From NCBI GenBank assembly GCA_002269645.1, contig NIVC01001216.1, positions 270,340 through 334,339 on the forward strand: a stretch of DNA of 64,000 nucleotides. Reading direction: 5' to 3'. The stretch comes from Macrostomum lignano. Its lineage: Eukaryota. A program made the translations under genes and the position numbers. The notes under the pieces were generated by a model. It saw only the letters and a list, made by a program, of their open reading frames with translations, made no database searches and had not been told where the DNA came from. Of this stretch, positions 1 through 15,107 are shown in pieces (the first letter of the stretch is position 1; each line of letters begins with the position of its first letter).

Positions 1-3000
1 TACATCCTGCACCTGAAGCTGACTAACGAGGATCTTCAATCGCGACGGGTCACCGTCCGGATCGACTTCGAGGACGGCGCCCTCTACGGCAAGGAGTTTT
101 ACGACCCGGACAAGCCGGAGAAGCAGCCTAAAGAGGAGAAACCTGAGCCGGACGCAGACGACGATGAGGAAGAGGAAGAAGAAGAGGAGCTCGAAGAGGA
201 AGAGGAGCTGGAACTGCCAGGCAGCGCGGACTTCCCGCTTCTGGCACCGGAAGTGATCCAGCGACTGCTACGTCGGCCCGAGGACATGCCGCAGTCGGTG
301 ACGGCCGGCATTGACGACTACGTGGCGCGGTGCCAACGCCTGGTAGAGGACCTGATGTCCGATCACGATCAACAATGCGTTATCGAGCTCAACGCAACTC
401 TGCTGCCGTCAGACATCTTCCGGCAGGTCCAGTTGAAGCTGCAGAGCCTCGGCGTTCAACCGGCGGTGACGCCGATGCGTCTGTTTGAGGCTGGCAACGA
501 GGAAGACCAGCCGCCTGAGGACATGGACACCGAGGAGCTCATGCGCATGCTGGGGCCCAAGAAAATGCCAGCACCAAGGTGAATGAAACCCATAGAATTA
601 TGGTTGGAAGCTTGTGAACATACTCGTATCTATAGTTTACTACACTGTGAAAATTTAGGAAGCTAGTAAACTTCTAGGACCAAGAGCGAAACTGTCAGAC
701 CTTCGTGACTACGAGGTATGTAGGAAGCTCAGGAAGTTAAGCTAGTTGTCCTCTATGACTAGATACGAACCCAATGATATTCCGTGACTACGAGCTAAAA
801 GAGAACCAACCACCCAGGAAGCAAACCAATGACCCACTATAACCGCACTTACAGGTATCGCTGGCAGCGCAGCAGGTGGCTCCGCTACTGCCCGGTGGCC
901 CTGTACGAAGGCTCTCTGGTACCCGGCAAGCCGGAGTTCTGCTGCAGCTTCCTCAACAAGATTTATTGCCTCTCGTCTCTCGAAGCTTTGGCCAAGTTCA
1001 CTAAAAACCCCCGACCGTACTTGCTGCCGCCGCAGCCGCGTCCTCCGGTCAAGGTGGTCGTTTCTGGACCGCCACATTCAGGCAAAACGTCTACGGCATT
1101 CCTCTTAGCCGAACGGTACAACGCCAAGGTGATCGACTTCGAAGCGCTGATGCTGCCGCGGATCGAAGCAGCAGATTCGGCTCGACTGGAGAAAGTTCGC
1201 TCAGAGGCTACGGCTCTGGCCATAGAGATTGTCCGCGCCAAACTGCGCGAGGCGGCCGCGGCGGCCAAACAAGCGGCGGAGAGAGCCAAGCAGGAAGCTG
1301 AGGAGGCCCGACGGGCAGCCGAAGCGGCCAAAGGTGGCGAAGCCGAAGGCGAGGAGGAAGGCGAAGGCGAGGGCGACGGAGAGGGCGAGGAAGATGGCGA
1401 AGCCGAGGAGGCGAAGAAGGAGGAAGAGGAGGCCACGGCAGCTCCGGAGCCCGACGGGACAAACACCGCCGCCGCCGATGTTGGCGCAGTCGAGGGCGGC
1501 GAGGAAGAAGAGCAGGACGAGCCTCTGCCAGAAGTGGACGCCCAGCATCCGGAAGTGGTGGCCATAGTTGAGGCCAAAGTGAAGGAGGCGGCTAGTGCGA
1601 AGGCTACAATGGATGCAGAGGTTTACGTCGAAGTTCTGGAGGATGCCATTCGTCAGGTTGGAGTTTGCCTGTTAACTGTTTGCTTAGCTGCTTGGCTGGT
1701 TGGTTAGTTACTCTAAGTACTCACTTACAGGGATGCGTAGGCAGGCTCAGATAAGAAACTATAGAAAATTCGCTCTGTCACACCGCCGCAGGTGGAACGC
1801 GAGCAGCGCCAGTCGGCTCCGAACGACCAGGGACCCCTAGCCGGCGGCTGGGTGATCGACAATTTCCCGTTGAATCGCGACGTCTGGAACGCCGTGCTCG
1901 AGAAGGGCCAAGAGAAGGGCCTTCTTCCCGACGAGTTGGTGATCCTGCGCGACTCAAGCGACGGCGGCGAGTACCTGCTGCGCCGCTGGTACCAGCGCAA
2001 CCGCGACTCGGTGCGCGCCAGCGTCCAGGAGCGCCTGGATCGGGAGGCCGAGGAGAAGCGCCGTCGCGAGGAGGAGGCGCTGCGCAAACTGGAAGAAGAG
2101 CGCGCCGAGCAGGAGCGCCTGGCGCTCGAGGCCGAGCGGCTGGCCAAAGAAGCCGGCGAGGGCGATGAGGGCGAAGAGGGCGAAGGCGAGGGCGATGGCA
2201 AAGCCAAGAAAACTGCCGAGGAGGAAGGCGAGGAAGAAGAGGAAGAAGATAACGATGACGAGGAGGAAGAAGAGAAGCGGCCAACCCGCCAGCCCGAGGT
2301 GAAATTCCAGGAGCCGCCTGCGTCCTCCGTCGAGCCTGAGGATGCCGGCGCTGGGAACGCCGACGCTGACGACGCTGCTGAAGCTCCGGAGGATCCGCTA
2401 GACCAGCCGCTGCCGCCGCCCGGTCCGGAAATTGACGCGGCCAGAGCCAAGCGCAAGGAGTTCGAGTCCGAGTTCGCCGGCATAGTCACGGCGGTGCAGA
2501 GTAACACCGGCATCGACCCCACCGAGGTGGTGATCAACGATCGCACAGAGGAGGACATTGTCAACGAAATTGTTGCCACCATGGAGAAGCCGTTCCGCTA
2601 TCAGGCCTGGGAGCTCACCGGCCAGGACATCGAGGAGGAGGAGGAGGACAACGAGGCGGCCAAGGCGGAAGAGCAGAAGCCCGAGGAAGAGGAGGAGGGC
2701 GGCGCCGAGGAGGAAGAAGATCCCAACCGGGGCAAGAACAAACAGCTGGGCGAGTCCAGCTTCTTCTGTCCAGTCAGCCTACACGACAATCAGGTGAGTT
2801 GTTTGAGTGTTTCCTGGAAACTGACGAAAAGACGTCCTTTTGACACCCAATTTTTAACGCTCGAATCTGGGGCCATCACCCACACTTTCACCTCCTCAAT
2901 TCCCTAATCCAGGTGATGTGGCCTGGCAACCCGGAGATCGCCGCCAAGTATCGCGGCAAGGTCTATTATTTCGCGTCCAACGAAGCTAGAGACAAGTTCC

Positions 3001-6000
3001 TCGAACAGCCAGAGCTCTTCCTGCCAACCGACACGCCGTTGAAGCCGCCGCCTCTTCGCCTGCTGATCCTCGGTCCGAAAGGCTCGGGCAAAACTCTGCA
3101 TGGAAAGCAGCTGGCCCGCCGACTTGGCCTGTTTCACATCTCCTTCCGCGACCGGCTGCAAGAAGTTGTGCTGCCGAAAACGCGCAAGCGGATTGGCCCG
3201 GATCACGAGGAGCAGCTGGAGGAGTTGCCTGAGGAGCTGCCCGACCTGCCTGAGACGTCCGTGACCGGACCCGACGGTGAGCCGGTCGAGGTTGAAGAGC
3301 CATCGGAGAAGTCGCCGGAGGAGCCGGACGAGGAGGAGGAAATCTCTTACTCGGATCTGGAGGAGAACGTGAAGAACAACATTGAGAAGCAGGATCCGCT
3401 GACTACTGAGTCCTTGGAGACTCTGCTGACGCAGTTCTGGCGCAGCGAACCGTTCAAGAACATCGGATTCGTGCTCGAAGGCTTCCCCAGGACGCCCGAG
3501 GAGGCGCAATTCCTCGCCGAGGCCGGCCTATTCGTCGATGGAGCGATCGTGTTGAACACGGGCGACCAGGAGATCATCGCCCGGATGCTGCCGCCTAAGC
3601 TGGAGAAATGGCGCGAGCGTCGAAAGCAGAAGAACGACATCAAGCAGCGTAACAAGGAGAAGTCGCAGAAGAAGCGCCAAGAAGCGATGGAGAAGCGACG
3701 CAAGGAGCTGCTGAAGGAGAACGAGGAGGCTCGCAACGAGCGCCAGGAGCAGCGCAAAGCGGAACGGCAGCAACGCATCGAGGACGGTGAAATCGAGGAG
3801 GGCGACGAAGAGGAAGAAGAAGAAGAGGAGGAGGAAGAGGAGGCCAACGACATCGAAGCGATCCTGGCTGAGGAGTTTGAGGAGGAGGAGGAGATGGAGG
3901 ACGAGGACGAGGAGCCTGAAGAGGACGCCATCGATCGGCTGAAGAACGACATCAACGATGTGTACGACGGCGATCTGAACTCGCTGGACGCTGTCAAGGA
4001 TGTGCTGGAGGAGATGCTGATTCCGCGTTTCGTAGTCGAGTCGGGCAAGAAGCCGCACATTGTGCGCCACTACATCACCAAGAGCCTGCGCTACCTTATT
4101 GAGAACCGGCGCAGCATCTTCGAGCGAGTTTACCCGGTATCGGAAAAGACAGCCGCCCGTCTGCTCACCACCGGCTACAAGCATCTCAGCAGCTTCGGCC
4201 GCTGGTGCCCAGTCGCTCTGTACGACGGCGACTGCGTTCTGCCTCTCGCCGACGAGGCGCATCCGACTTTCCCGGCCGTCTATCAGAGCTTCGTCTACTT
4301 CATGTCCAGCGCGGCCAGGCGCGACTCCTTCGCCGCCGACCCGCGTCGCTACCTGGACAGCAGCGCCAAGCACCCGCGGGTGGTGGTCCCGATTAGGGTG
4401 GCCGTTCTGGGCCCGCCGAAGTCCGGCAAGACCGCCCTGGCCAGCCGATTTGCCAAGGACCTCGGCCTCGTCCGGCTCAGTGCGGGAGACGCTCTTCGTC
4501 GAGTACTGCAGGAGCAGCGAAAGACCTCACTGGCCAAGGAGATTAATAGGCACCTGCTGGCTGGAGGCGTGGCGCCCGAGGAGCTGGTCGTGCGCGCTGT
4601 CGAGACCGTCCTGATGGACACGCGAACCTCCGTTCGGGGCTACATATTAGATGGGTTTCCATGCAGCATGCGCCAGGTGAAGCTGCTCACCCAGCACGGC
4701 ATTGTGCCGCACAAGGTGTTTCTATTAAACGTCGATCATCAGGAGCTCATGATTCGCGGTACCAACGACCGACTGCGCACAGACAAGCCCTACGTAATGC
4801 ACGACTCTGCCCAAGTGCTGGCCGTTAAGCTGGCCTGCTATCGCAAGGAGAGCGATCCGGTGGCCAACTGGTACAGGGAGCAGCACCGGAGTCTGTGCCA
4901 GCTGGATGGCACGCAGTCCAAGTGGCTACTTTGGGAGACAGCCCTAGCTGAGGCTAAGAAGCAGACAGCCCACATTCAGCAGTACGTCTACAGGGTGCGC
5001 CGAGACACGGCCGCGTCCATCGCCGACATGTGCATCACGGACAGGGAGTTCCTGGCCCGCCTGGGCGAGTACCGTCAGTACTGTCCGGTGAGACTGCAAG
5101 CTCACGGCGAACTGATCGACTGCTCGGAGACGCCCGGTCTGAACTACGCGGCCGAGTTCCGGGGTCGCTACTATAAGTGCGCCGGCCCGAACGAGCTGGC
5201 CAAATTCCTCGATGGCGCGGCGAAGTTCGTGCCGCCGTTGGCCACCAGACTGCTGCCAACGGACGACTTGCTGCCAAAGAAAGTGTTGCAATCGGCTGTG
5301 CGGTCCAAGTTCCCTATGCAGCTGCACTTGCAGGGCTATTGCCCTGTCACCTTCTTGAGTGGCAAGCAGCGTTACGAAGCTCTGGTGCCCGGTAACAAAG
5401 ACCTGCTGGTTGAGTACACAGACCGGCTGTACTGCTTCTCCGATGAAGGCGCTCGAGACTGCTTCATGCGCAAGTGAGCATACGATTCGAAACCTCGAAA
5501 CTTTTTAATGAATAATAATTCACAAATTTCAGTTTCTATTTCAATTTAGCTTTGTAAATGTTATACTAATCAGACTGCTTAAAGTAGGATAATCGAACCG
5601 ATTCGCCAATATGTAGCGCTGCAACGCCAAAATGAGTGCCTGCGGGTGCCAAAATAAGTGCCATTGGCACTAAAATGAGTGCCTGCGGTGCCAAAATAAG
5701 TGTCATTGGCACTAAAATGAGTGCCTGCGGTGCCAAAATGGGTGCTAACAACGCCGATTCCCAAAATAATGTCGGAATTTTGTCACGTAGAACTCTTGTC
5801 TCTGTCCCCACTATCAATTTGTAACTAACTGCACTGCAGACCGGAGCTGTACTGGGATCTGCAGCTGCCTGCCAAGCTGCCGCCACTGAAGAATCCCACT
5901 GACGTGACGAAGCTGCCAATACCCGGCTACCTGGAGCAGACGCTCGCCGATGCACTTCGCAACGCCATGACAGCCGCGGCCAACTTCAAGCCAAAGTACC

Positions 6001-6269
6001 CGTTCCTGAGCCAGGACCGCTCCGCCGCCATCTACATTGGCCTGCACCTGAAAGCCTACAATCCCAGCAGTCCGGCCTACACCAAGCAGAAATATCGGCG
6101 CAAACTGGAGGAGTTTGAGGCCCAGTGCCGCATCATCCAGCAGCTGGGGGACAGCATGACGCTCAAGTACAAGGAGCCCGCCAAACGGCCGCCTAAGCTG
6201 GACGCCAACTTGGAAGCTTTCCAGAAATTGAAACGACAAATTGACGAGCCGGCTCTGTGGACAAGTTGA
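1..6269 (+). CDS. AK9: Adenylate kinase 9-like axonemal protein, 5'-truncated by the window. Exons 1-578, 855-1656, 1792-2793, 2913-5473, 5840-6269 (about 1790 aa visible)
   Basis: Three P-loops (GPPHSGKT, GPKGSGKT, GPPKSGKT), AK motif GFVLEGFPRT / GYILDGFP, repeated YHS-like modules (YCPVxL...YxF...F...P..Y) and C-terminal LPIPGYLEQ...KPKYPFL. All four introns are GT-AG and the joined length 5373 nt is divisible by 3. Confidence 0.93.
5626..5746. repeat. Short 42-bp tandem repeat (21-bp subunits, about 3 copies) in the last AK9 intron
   Basis: Unit tgccaaaataagtgccattggcactaaaatgagtgcctgcgg, containing the palindrome AGTGCCA-T-TGGCACT. Confidence 0.85.
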
Positions 6270-6984
6270 GAAGCGAGGGCCGGGATTCGAACTCGAGACT
6301 TTACTTGATTATCTGATGTCGGTTTGTCCATGGCAAACTACGTGAAAAAAGCAAACCTAATTTCTGAACGTATGGTAAATCAGTTTTCATGCCAGAAACG
6401 ACTAAAAAACTACAAATATTTTTGTTTAACTTCGTACTGAAGAGCTGTTTTTTTTCACTAAAAGATCTGCTTTGCTAAAGTAAATTTAAAAAAGTGTTCT
6501 TGAAATGTAGTTCGTAAAATATAAAAAGGATTTGATAAAAATAGGCCTAGCCGCTACTTAAACTGTCTTTTTCACTTTGAATTGTTAAATTACGCTTGTT
6601 CATAATAAATATTAAAAAGTTGATCAAGTACGAGCAACTATATAAGCTATCGAACAGTGTGACCTGGGCTTACTTTGTTGACCTGGAGCCATTTAGATGC
6701 TAATTTTCCGTTTTATAATTTTGTTGAAGCACCTGCGCCCGCTGCTCTAACGCCAGCTTCGGATTCTGGCGCCAATATGTCGCCGTGACGGAGTGACCAA
6801 AGCACTCGTGGGGTTCAGGTGGCCGCGGACCCAAACCCCACCCCCAGTCGCCTACACAAAAGCAGCGCTCCTCTAAAAACTAAATTAAGCAGCAGATAAA
6901 CACAAAATTGGACGTGGCATCAGCCAGACTAAGATACAGGGGTATGGGCGTCAACCAGGAAGCAAGGACTACTTAACAACACAG

Positions 6985-7715
6985 GACAAGAAGATAGAGG
7001 GTGGCAACCAGGAAGATAGAGGGTGGCATCCAGGAGGATAGAGGGGGCAACCAGGAAGATAGAGGGTCGCAACCAGGAAAATAGAGGGTGGCAACCAGGA
7101 AGATACAGGGGGGGGCAACCAGGAAGATAGAGGGAGGCAACCAGGAAGATAGAGGGGGGCAACCAGGAAGATAGAGGGGGGCAACCAGGAAGATAGAGGG
7201 AGGCAACCAGGAAGATAGAGGGAGGCAACCAGGAAGATAGAGGGTGGCAACCAGGAAGATACAGGGGGGGGGCAATCAGGAAGATAGAGGGGGGCAACCA
7301 GGAAGATAGAGGGAGGCAACCAGGAAGATAGAGGGTGGCAACCAGGAAGATAGAGGGAGGAAACCAGGAAGATGGAGGGAGGCAACCAGGAAGATAGAGG
7401 GTGGCAACCAGGAAGATAGAGGGTGGCAACCAGGAAGATACAGGGGGGGGCAATCAGGAAGATAGAGGGGGGGGGCAATCAGGAAGATAGAGGGGAACAA
7501 CCAGGAAGATAGAGGGAGGCAACCAGGAAGATAGAGGGTGGCAACCAGGAAGATACAGGGGGGGGGGGCAATCAGGAAGATAGAGGGGGGCAACCAGGAA
7601 GATAGAGGGAGGCAACCAGGAAGATACAGGCGGGCAACCAGGAAGATAGAGGGGAATTGGCAACCAGGAGGATAGAGGGGGGCAACCAGGAAGATGGAGG
7701 GTGGCAACCAGGAAG
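6985..7715. repeat. About 20-bp purine-rich minisatellite
   Basis: Unit ggcaaccaggaagatagagg(g/gt/ga), with a variable G-run. Confidence 0.95.
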
Positions 7716-7850
7716 ACAAGGGCGACAACTAAGAGACAGGGGCGCCCACCAAGAGACAGGGGCGCCCACCAAGGGACAGTGGAGTCCACCAAGAAATCGG
7801 GGCGCCCACCAAGAGACAGGGGTGACCACTAAGAGACAGTTGGATCTAAA
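7716..7850. repeat. About 21-bp degenerate repeat continuous with the preceding array
   Basis: ggcgcccaccaagagacaggg, about 5 copies. Confidence 0.75.
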
Positions 7851-8940
7851 GAAACACCAATATACCACAATATACCAATTGAGAGACTCTTGCACAAATG
7901 GATGAATTTCTTCTAGAACACGGAATCGCTAGGACTTCCTGCAAGCTGGCAACTAACTTTCCTCATCCAAATGGGCTATTCGTAGCTCAGCTACTCTTCC
8001 AGTATCTGCAGCATACAGCATAAAACTACCGCAGTTTAAAGCTGAGAATGAGTAAATAATTATAGAAGCAAATGTGACAAAAAATGCATGTACTTTTAAT
8101 AATGAGAAGATCCGGCAGTTAAGGAACCAAGGACTGCTCAAGTACGTTTCTTGAAAAATTTAAGGATGCAGGCTTACCGAAAAAATGCATTACGGCGAAA
8201 AAAGTTGATTTATTTTTCAGCTCAAAATTTGTAAATTGCTTTTGATAGTAGTCGAACCCAATGTTTATCTTTTGACATGTATCACTTCTAGCTGAGCAAA
8301 TCTTAAGTGCAATGCAATACCTCATACAGGCGGGTCACGGAGCAATTCGAATTCACCAAGGAGATCAGAGACGATCATGTGTCAAATATAAAAACGGGAA
8401 TTCTTAAGGGGGGAGATGTCGGAACTACGGTACTGGCAAGGAGATCATGCTCCAGCACGAACCCCGACAAGGATGGAAAAATACGGAAAGATCGGCTCGT
8501 TTAAATGCAGCCCAGAATCATGCATCACGAGCGTGATTTGTGAACAAAATGGCCTTGAACTGTCCTTGACCGGTGTGCCTAGAAGCCGAGTGACGTCACC
8601 TACCTAGCCGTGCCGTGATTGGTTCATAAAATCGGCTTGATGCGCGGCTTCAACCGGCACAAAACAAGGGTAACCGAGGAAAGACTGGGATATTCAGAAA
8701 GAAGATTTGTTCGAATAGAATATCCGCTTGAACCGATTTGAAATGCAATTCTTATGGCTTAAAATCAATCTCATAAGCTGCTTCAAAATTTAGAGTAAAA
8801 ATTTTTAGTATATGGATAGTGTAGAACTGTCTCTTTATCATGAATCTGCGTGTTGGCTTGACTATGGCCCAACATCTAATTTCTTTGCGTGTAGCCTTTT
8901 TCAACTTCTAAACGATTGTGTTATTGCACCATTTTTTATT

Positions 8941-9510
<570 letters not shown>

Positions 9511-10091
9511 GTCAAACAGTGAGATACAGTGATCCTGTGTATTTATTTTATCATCAGATCATCAGACGTCTGCACACTCTGGGGGGGGGGCGTGAACCGC
9601 AATAAAAACCAAAAGTCCTCCCATGTGATTGCACACAAGGAATTAAAGCCACGACTTTTACCGGACCAGAGTGTCTATTGCGCTAGCGCGTTGAACTATT
9701 CGTGTAAAAGTACTTTTCTGCTCGTACCCAGAGCTGCTGGATCAGTATTCCGTGTAGGCTCTAAAATCTTGGTACAGCGGTTGAAAGTCATCGATAAAGA
9801 CTGCCCGTGAGGAGCCTTGCATCATTATGAGGGAGGGGTGGCTGATTGGTGGGATGCTTCTTCAAAGTGGTGATTGTGGATGAGGTGCAGCTGTCAGTGG
9901 CGTCATTATTTTTAATTGAGCTCCTGATGCTGGTCTCACATCCAGGTGGTTCCAGCGAAGCTGTCGTACTCAGAGGTTTCTTGGGATCTGTTTAAAAGCG
10001 GGAGTCTTTAGGAGTCTAAAAATTTAATAAAAATCTAAAAAATCATCATTAATCGTTAGAATTTTTGTGAGAATCTTTGACGAATTTAATA

Positions 10092-10480
10092 GGAATCTTT
10101 GGGGAATTCAATAAGAATCTTTGGGGAATTGAATAAGAATCTTTGGGGAATTCAATAAGAATCTTTGGGGAATTGAATAAGAATCTTTGGGGAATTCAAT
10201 AAGAATCTTTAGGGAATTGAATATGAATCGTTGGGGAATTCAATAAGAATTATTGGAGAATTCAATAGGAATTCTTGGGGAATTCAAAAAGAATCTTTGG
10301 GGAATTCAATAAGAATCCTTGAGGAATTCAATAAAATTCTTGGGGAATTCAATAAGAATCTTTGGGGAATTTAACAAGAATTATTGGGGAATTCAATAAG
10401 AATCCTTGAGGAATTCGATAAGAATCATTTAAGAATCCAATAAGAATCTTTGGGGAATTCGATAAGAATATTTGGAGAGT
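10092..10480. repeat. 22-bp minisatellite
   Basis: Unit gaatctttggggaattcaataa (contains GAATTC), degenerate at its edges. Confidence 0.92.
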
Positions 10481-10929
10481 TCAATCAACATTCGAGTTTA
10501 GCTATATAGTTTGTGGTTATCTTTTCCTCAGAGGAGGATAAATTGGATGCATGTTTTGCCTTGCACGGCCTGTATAGTGAGTGCAATACCCGGCTAATTT
10601 CAATCCGTAGGATTTTAACCGCCGCTGCTCAAGACGGGAGCCCAGCTGGGAAAGCAGTCCAAAATCTGCTAAATGATTTCGAAGAAATCCTGCTGAAAAA
10701 ATGCTGAGAAAATTTCAAAGGCAAAAAAAGGAAAATTGGCCGTTTTTCCTTTCTTTGGACAACCTGCTCCCAGAAGACAGTCGCTGCAGTAACACACGAA
10801 ATAATCTGACAAAAAGGAAAGGTGCGCTCGTGCAAGCTAAAACCCGGCTGCAAATGATTAAATATTGACGAAACAGTGTGCTTTAAGCAGGCACTCGCCT
10901 GAAGTCAAGTAAGCGAATGAAAAATCTCA

Positions 10930-12100
<1,171 letters not shown>

Positions 12101-12651
12101 CAGCTGAGTCAAGAGACTATAGTTTATCGAGCTATTAAAAAGCTGAAAAACAGCGAAGTGCAATTTGGAAGTGCAGCCTGCTTGCACTTTTGTTTTCCAT
12201 GTGGTACACGCTGGAAAAGTGGACTTTCGCTCAAAAGACAGCTTATTCGTTATTAGGTAATCCTTTGATAACGCCTTAAAGGACAATGAAAAAGAAAGGT
12301 GAAAATAAGATTTTAGGCCAAGCGCCTGACTACTGAGAAGGCTAGGCATTTTGACCTTCTTCAGTGTGCGCTGCCATGCAGTGAAGAGTCACATTGGGCA
12401 GTTCACATCTACGAGCGTACATGTTAGCATTGAAAGGAAATGGGAATTGAAACTACTAGGTTTATGAGCCGATTTGAAATGATTTAATTTTCGAGTATTA
12501 ATAGTCACGCATCGAATAACATCTAGATTATAATTTTATCGGGAAAAGCGATTCATTTTGGTTTTATTTAGTTGTGTTTTTTGAAACAACAATAACAGCA
12601 AATTGGAATGAGAACTTGTTTCATAAGATTTACGATTAGTGCACGGGATAT

Positions 12652-13473
12652 AGGTATGAAGGGACACTGGGTGCAGGTATGAAGGGACATTGGGTGCAGG
12701 TATGAAGGGACACTGGGTGCAGGTATGAAGGGACACTGGGTGCAGGTATGAAGGGACATTGGGTGCAGGTATGAAGGGACACTGGGTGCAGGTATGAAGG
12801 GACACTGGGTGCAGGTATGAAGGGACACTGGGTGCAGGTATGAAAGGACACTGGGTGCAGGTATGAAGGGACATTGGGTGCAGGTATGAAGGGACACTGG
12901 ATGCAGGTATGAAGGGACATTGGGTGCAGGTATGAAGGGACATTGGGTGCAGGTATGAAGGGACACTGGGTGCAGGTATGAAGGGACATTGGGTGCAGGT
13001 ATGAAGGGACACTGGGTGCAGGTATGAAGGGACACTGGGTGCAGGTATGAAGGGACACTGGGTGCAGGTATGAAGGGACATTGGGTGCAGGTATGAAGGG
13101 ACATTGGGTGCAGGTATGAACGGACACTGGGTGCAGGTATGAAGGGATACTGGGTGCAGGTATGAAGGGACATTGGGTGCAGGTATGAAGGGACACTGGA
13201 TGCAGGTATGAAGGGACATTGGGTGCAGGTATGAAGGGACATTGGGTGCAGGTATGAAGGGACATTGGGTGCAGGTATGAAGGGACATTGGGTGCAGGTA
13301 TGAAGGGACATTGGGTGCAGGTATGAAAGGACACTGGGTGCAGGTATGAAAGGACACTGGGTGCAGGTATGAAGGGACACTGGGTGCAGGTATGAAGGGA
13401 CACTGGGTGCAGGTATGAAGGGACACTGGGTGCAGGTATGAAGGGACACTGGGTGCAGGTATGAAGGGACATC
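12652..13473. repeat. 23-bp minisatellite just 3' of the GPCR
   Basis: Unit gggtgcaggtatgaagggaca(c/t)t, about 35 copies. Confidence 0.97.
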
Positions 13474-13525
13474 TGGGTATTCGCAATGATTAGTCAGTTT
13501 ACGAGTTAGTTTTCGAATGCTCATA

Positions 13526-14770
13526 TCAGCCACGATGACGACACAACCTCCCAGTCAGAGTGGAGATCTCTTTGCGCACCTGATCGCTGGTACAAACGAA
13601 CAGAAACAGATTCAGCATAGAGTCAATGCCAACCAAGATGTTGGAAATGTGCACGCTGCTGCTGAACCTGTAGCCAATCAGCTCCATCAAGCTGCCGGGA
13701 GTCTCCAGCACGATGAAGGCCAGAGCGATGGCTACTACGTTGGTGGTTGCTCGAATCAGTCGCTGCTGCTGTTGAAGCTCCTGCTGAGTCATTGTAGAGC
13801 TGACGATTGGAGGTGTCAATGCCGACATAGCTGCCATTGTTCCTGACGGGCCTCGGTTGTCTTCGCCACTGTAGCAACTCTGAGGCTCGTCGCCTTCTTG
13901 AACAACTTCGGCAATAGCGACAGCTTGGTAGCCATGGAGAGCGAGCACGTGAAGCTGCATGGCTGGGCCCAGGCGGACGTCCGATCGATGCTGCTGACGC
14001 TGCTGTGTCTGTCCATCCAGCCGCTGCCTCTGAGGACATCGGCAACGCTTCTTAGCAAGATTGAGCACGATTAGCACAGTACTCACCAGCACTAGGCAGT
14101 TGGGCACTGACAGCTGCAGAACGATGACAATCTTCTCTAGCGTTGTTGCCTGAAGTCGAAATGCGACAAATCGAACGACGGCCGAGGTCAGACTGCCAAC
14201 GGTGCAGACGCACCAGAAGCGAACGTAAAGTCGACGGGTGATCCGGCGTCGGGCTTGAATCGGACTGATGATGATCAGGCAGCGAACCAGCGACAACAGG
14301 GTGATCCACCAGTTCCGGCCGAACAGAAAGCCGTTAGTCATGCAGAAGAGCGCCAGAAAGCGCAGCGAGAACTGACTGTCCGAGACAACCTCAGCTGGTA
14401 AGCTGCTCGAGTTGAGCAAACTGAACAGCTCCAAGCCGTAATCTAGTCCAAGATGCGGTTTTGTCGAGTTCTTCATCACGATGCTATCCAAGCCGACAGT
14501 AATCATCTGGCTGTCCTCCAGCAGCAGTACGGGCTCTGACTGGTCCTGCAGCAGGAACTGGGCGCTAAACGCGCAGTTGAACGTATCGAAGGCGAAATTG
14601 CTTACACAGAGAATGGCGAAAGCCGTCAGCGAAGCGCTGGCTCTGTGGCGTCGTTGTAGCAGCATTCGGGCAAAGATGAAGATAGCAAACGCGTTGCACA
14701 CTAGGCCGATGGCGCTTAGCACCAGGTTGCATAACCAGAAGGCTCTATCAATGGCTGAAGACAGATGCAT
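13526..14770 (-). CDS. Intronless orphan rhodopsin-like (class A) GPCR, 414 aa
   Basis: Seven hydrophobic segments: TM1 IGLVCNAFAIF, TM2 SNFAFD, TM3 end LLSLVRCLIIISP (divergent DRY), TM5 LSVPNCLVLVSTVLI, long Q-rich ICL3, TM6 AIALAFIVLETP, TM7 IDSMLNLFLF (divergent NPxxY). Confidence 0.88.
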   Translation of the reverse strand: MHLSSAIDRAFWLCNLVLSAIGLVCNAFAIFIFARMLLQRRHRASASLTAFAILCVSNFAFDTFNCAFSAQFLLQDQSEPVLLLEDSQMITVGLDSIVMKNSTKPHLGLDYGLELFSLLNSSSLPAEVVSDSQFSLRFLALFCMTNGFLFGRNWWITLLSLVRCLIIISPIQARRRITRRLYVRFWCVCTVGSLTSAVVRFVAFRLQATTLEKIVIVLQLSVPNCLVLVSTVLIVLNLAKKRCRCPQRQRLDGQTQQRQQHRSDVRLGPAMQLHVLALHGYQAVAIAEVVQEGDEPQSCYSGEDNRGPSGTMAAMSALTPPIVSSTMTQQELQQQQRLIRATTNVVAIALAFIVLETPGSLMELIGYRFSSSVHISNILVGIDSMLNLFLFVCTSDQVRKEISTLTGRLCRHRG

Positions 14771-15107
14771 TTCTGTGTTCCTCTGGTGCGTCTTCGAATG
14801 TGTTTTTTGTCCTGAGGCACTGCATGAAAAGCGGACTAAATCCAGAAGCTTTTAATCTGTCGTTTTCATCACGCCTCAAGCCGTTTGTTGATTCACCCAC
14901 GTTAACTATCCTGGAACGGGATTGGACGATGCGCTGCGCGATAGGAGAGTGAACACCTGAGCTTTTGAAGCAGCTTTTCAATCCTTATCTACTAAATAAT
15001 GCTCGAGTGGGTAAAGCATAGGATTATATCAGTGCCTCAATGTGTTTATTTCAATTGTTTATGAATTAGTCATCATTTTGCTACTAGCACATTTAGAAAA
15101 TAAGAAA

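Noticed and set aside
99-5395. Antisense and alternate-frame ORFs over AK9
   Set aside because: Shadows of GC-rich, codon-biased coding sequence.
6272-6300. B-box-like GAGTTCGAATCCC on the minus strand after the AK9 stop
   Set aside because: No A box or cloverleaf nearby.
7899-7990. EFLLEHGIART...HPNGL, faintly like a retroviral integrase core
   Set aside because: Too short and gapped, with no other retroelement features nearby.
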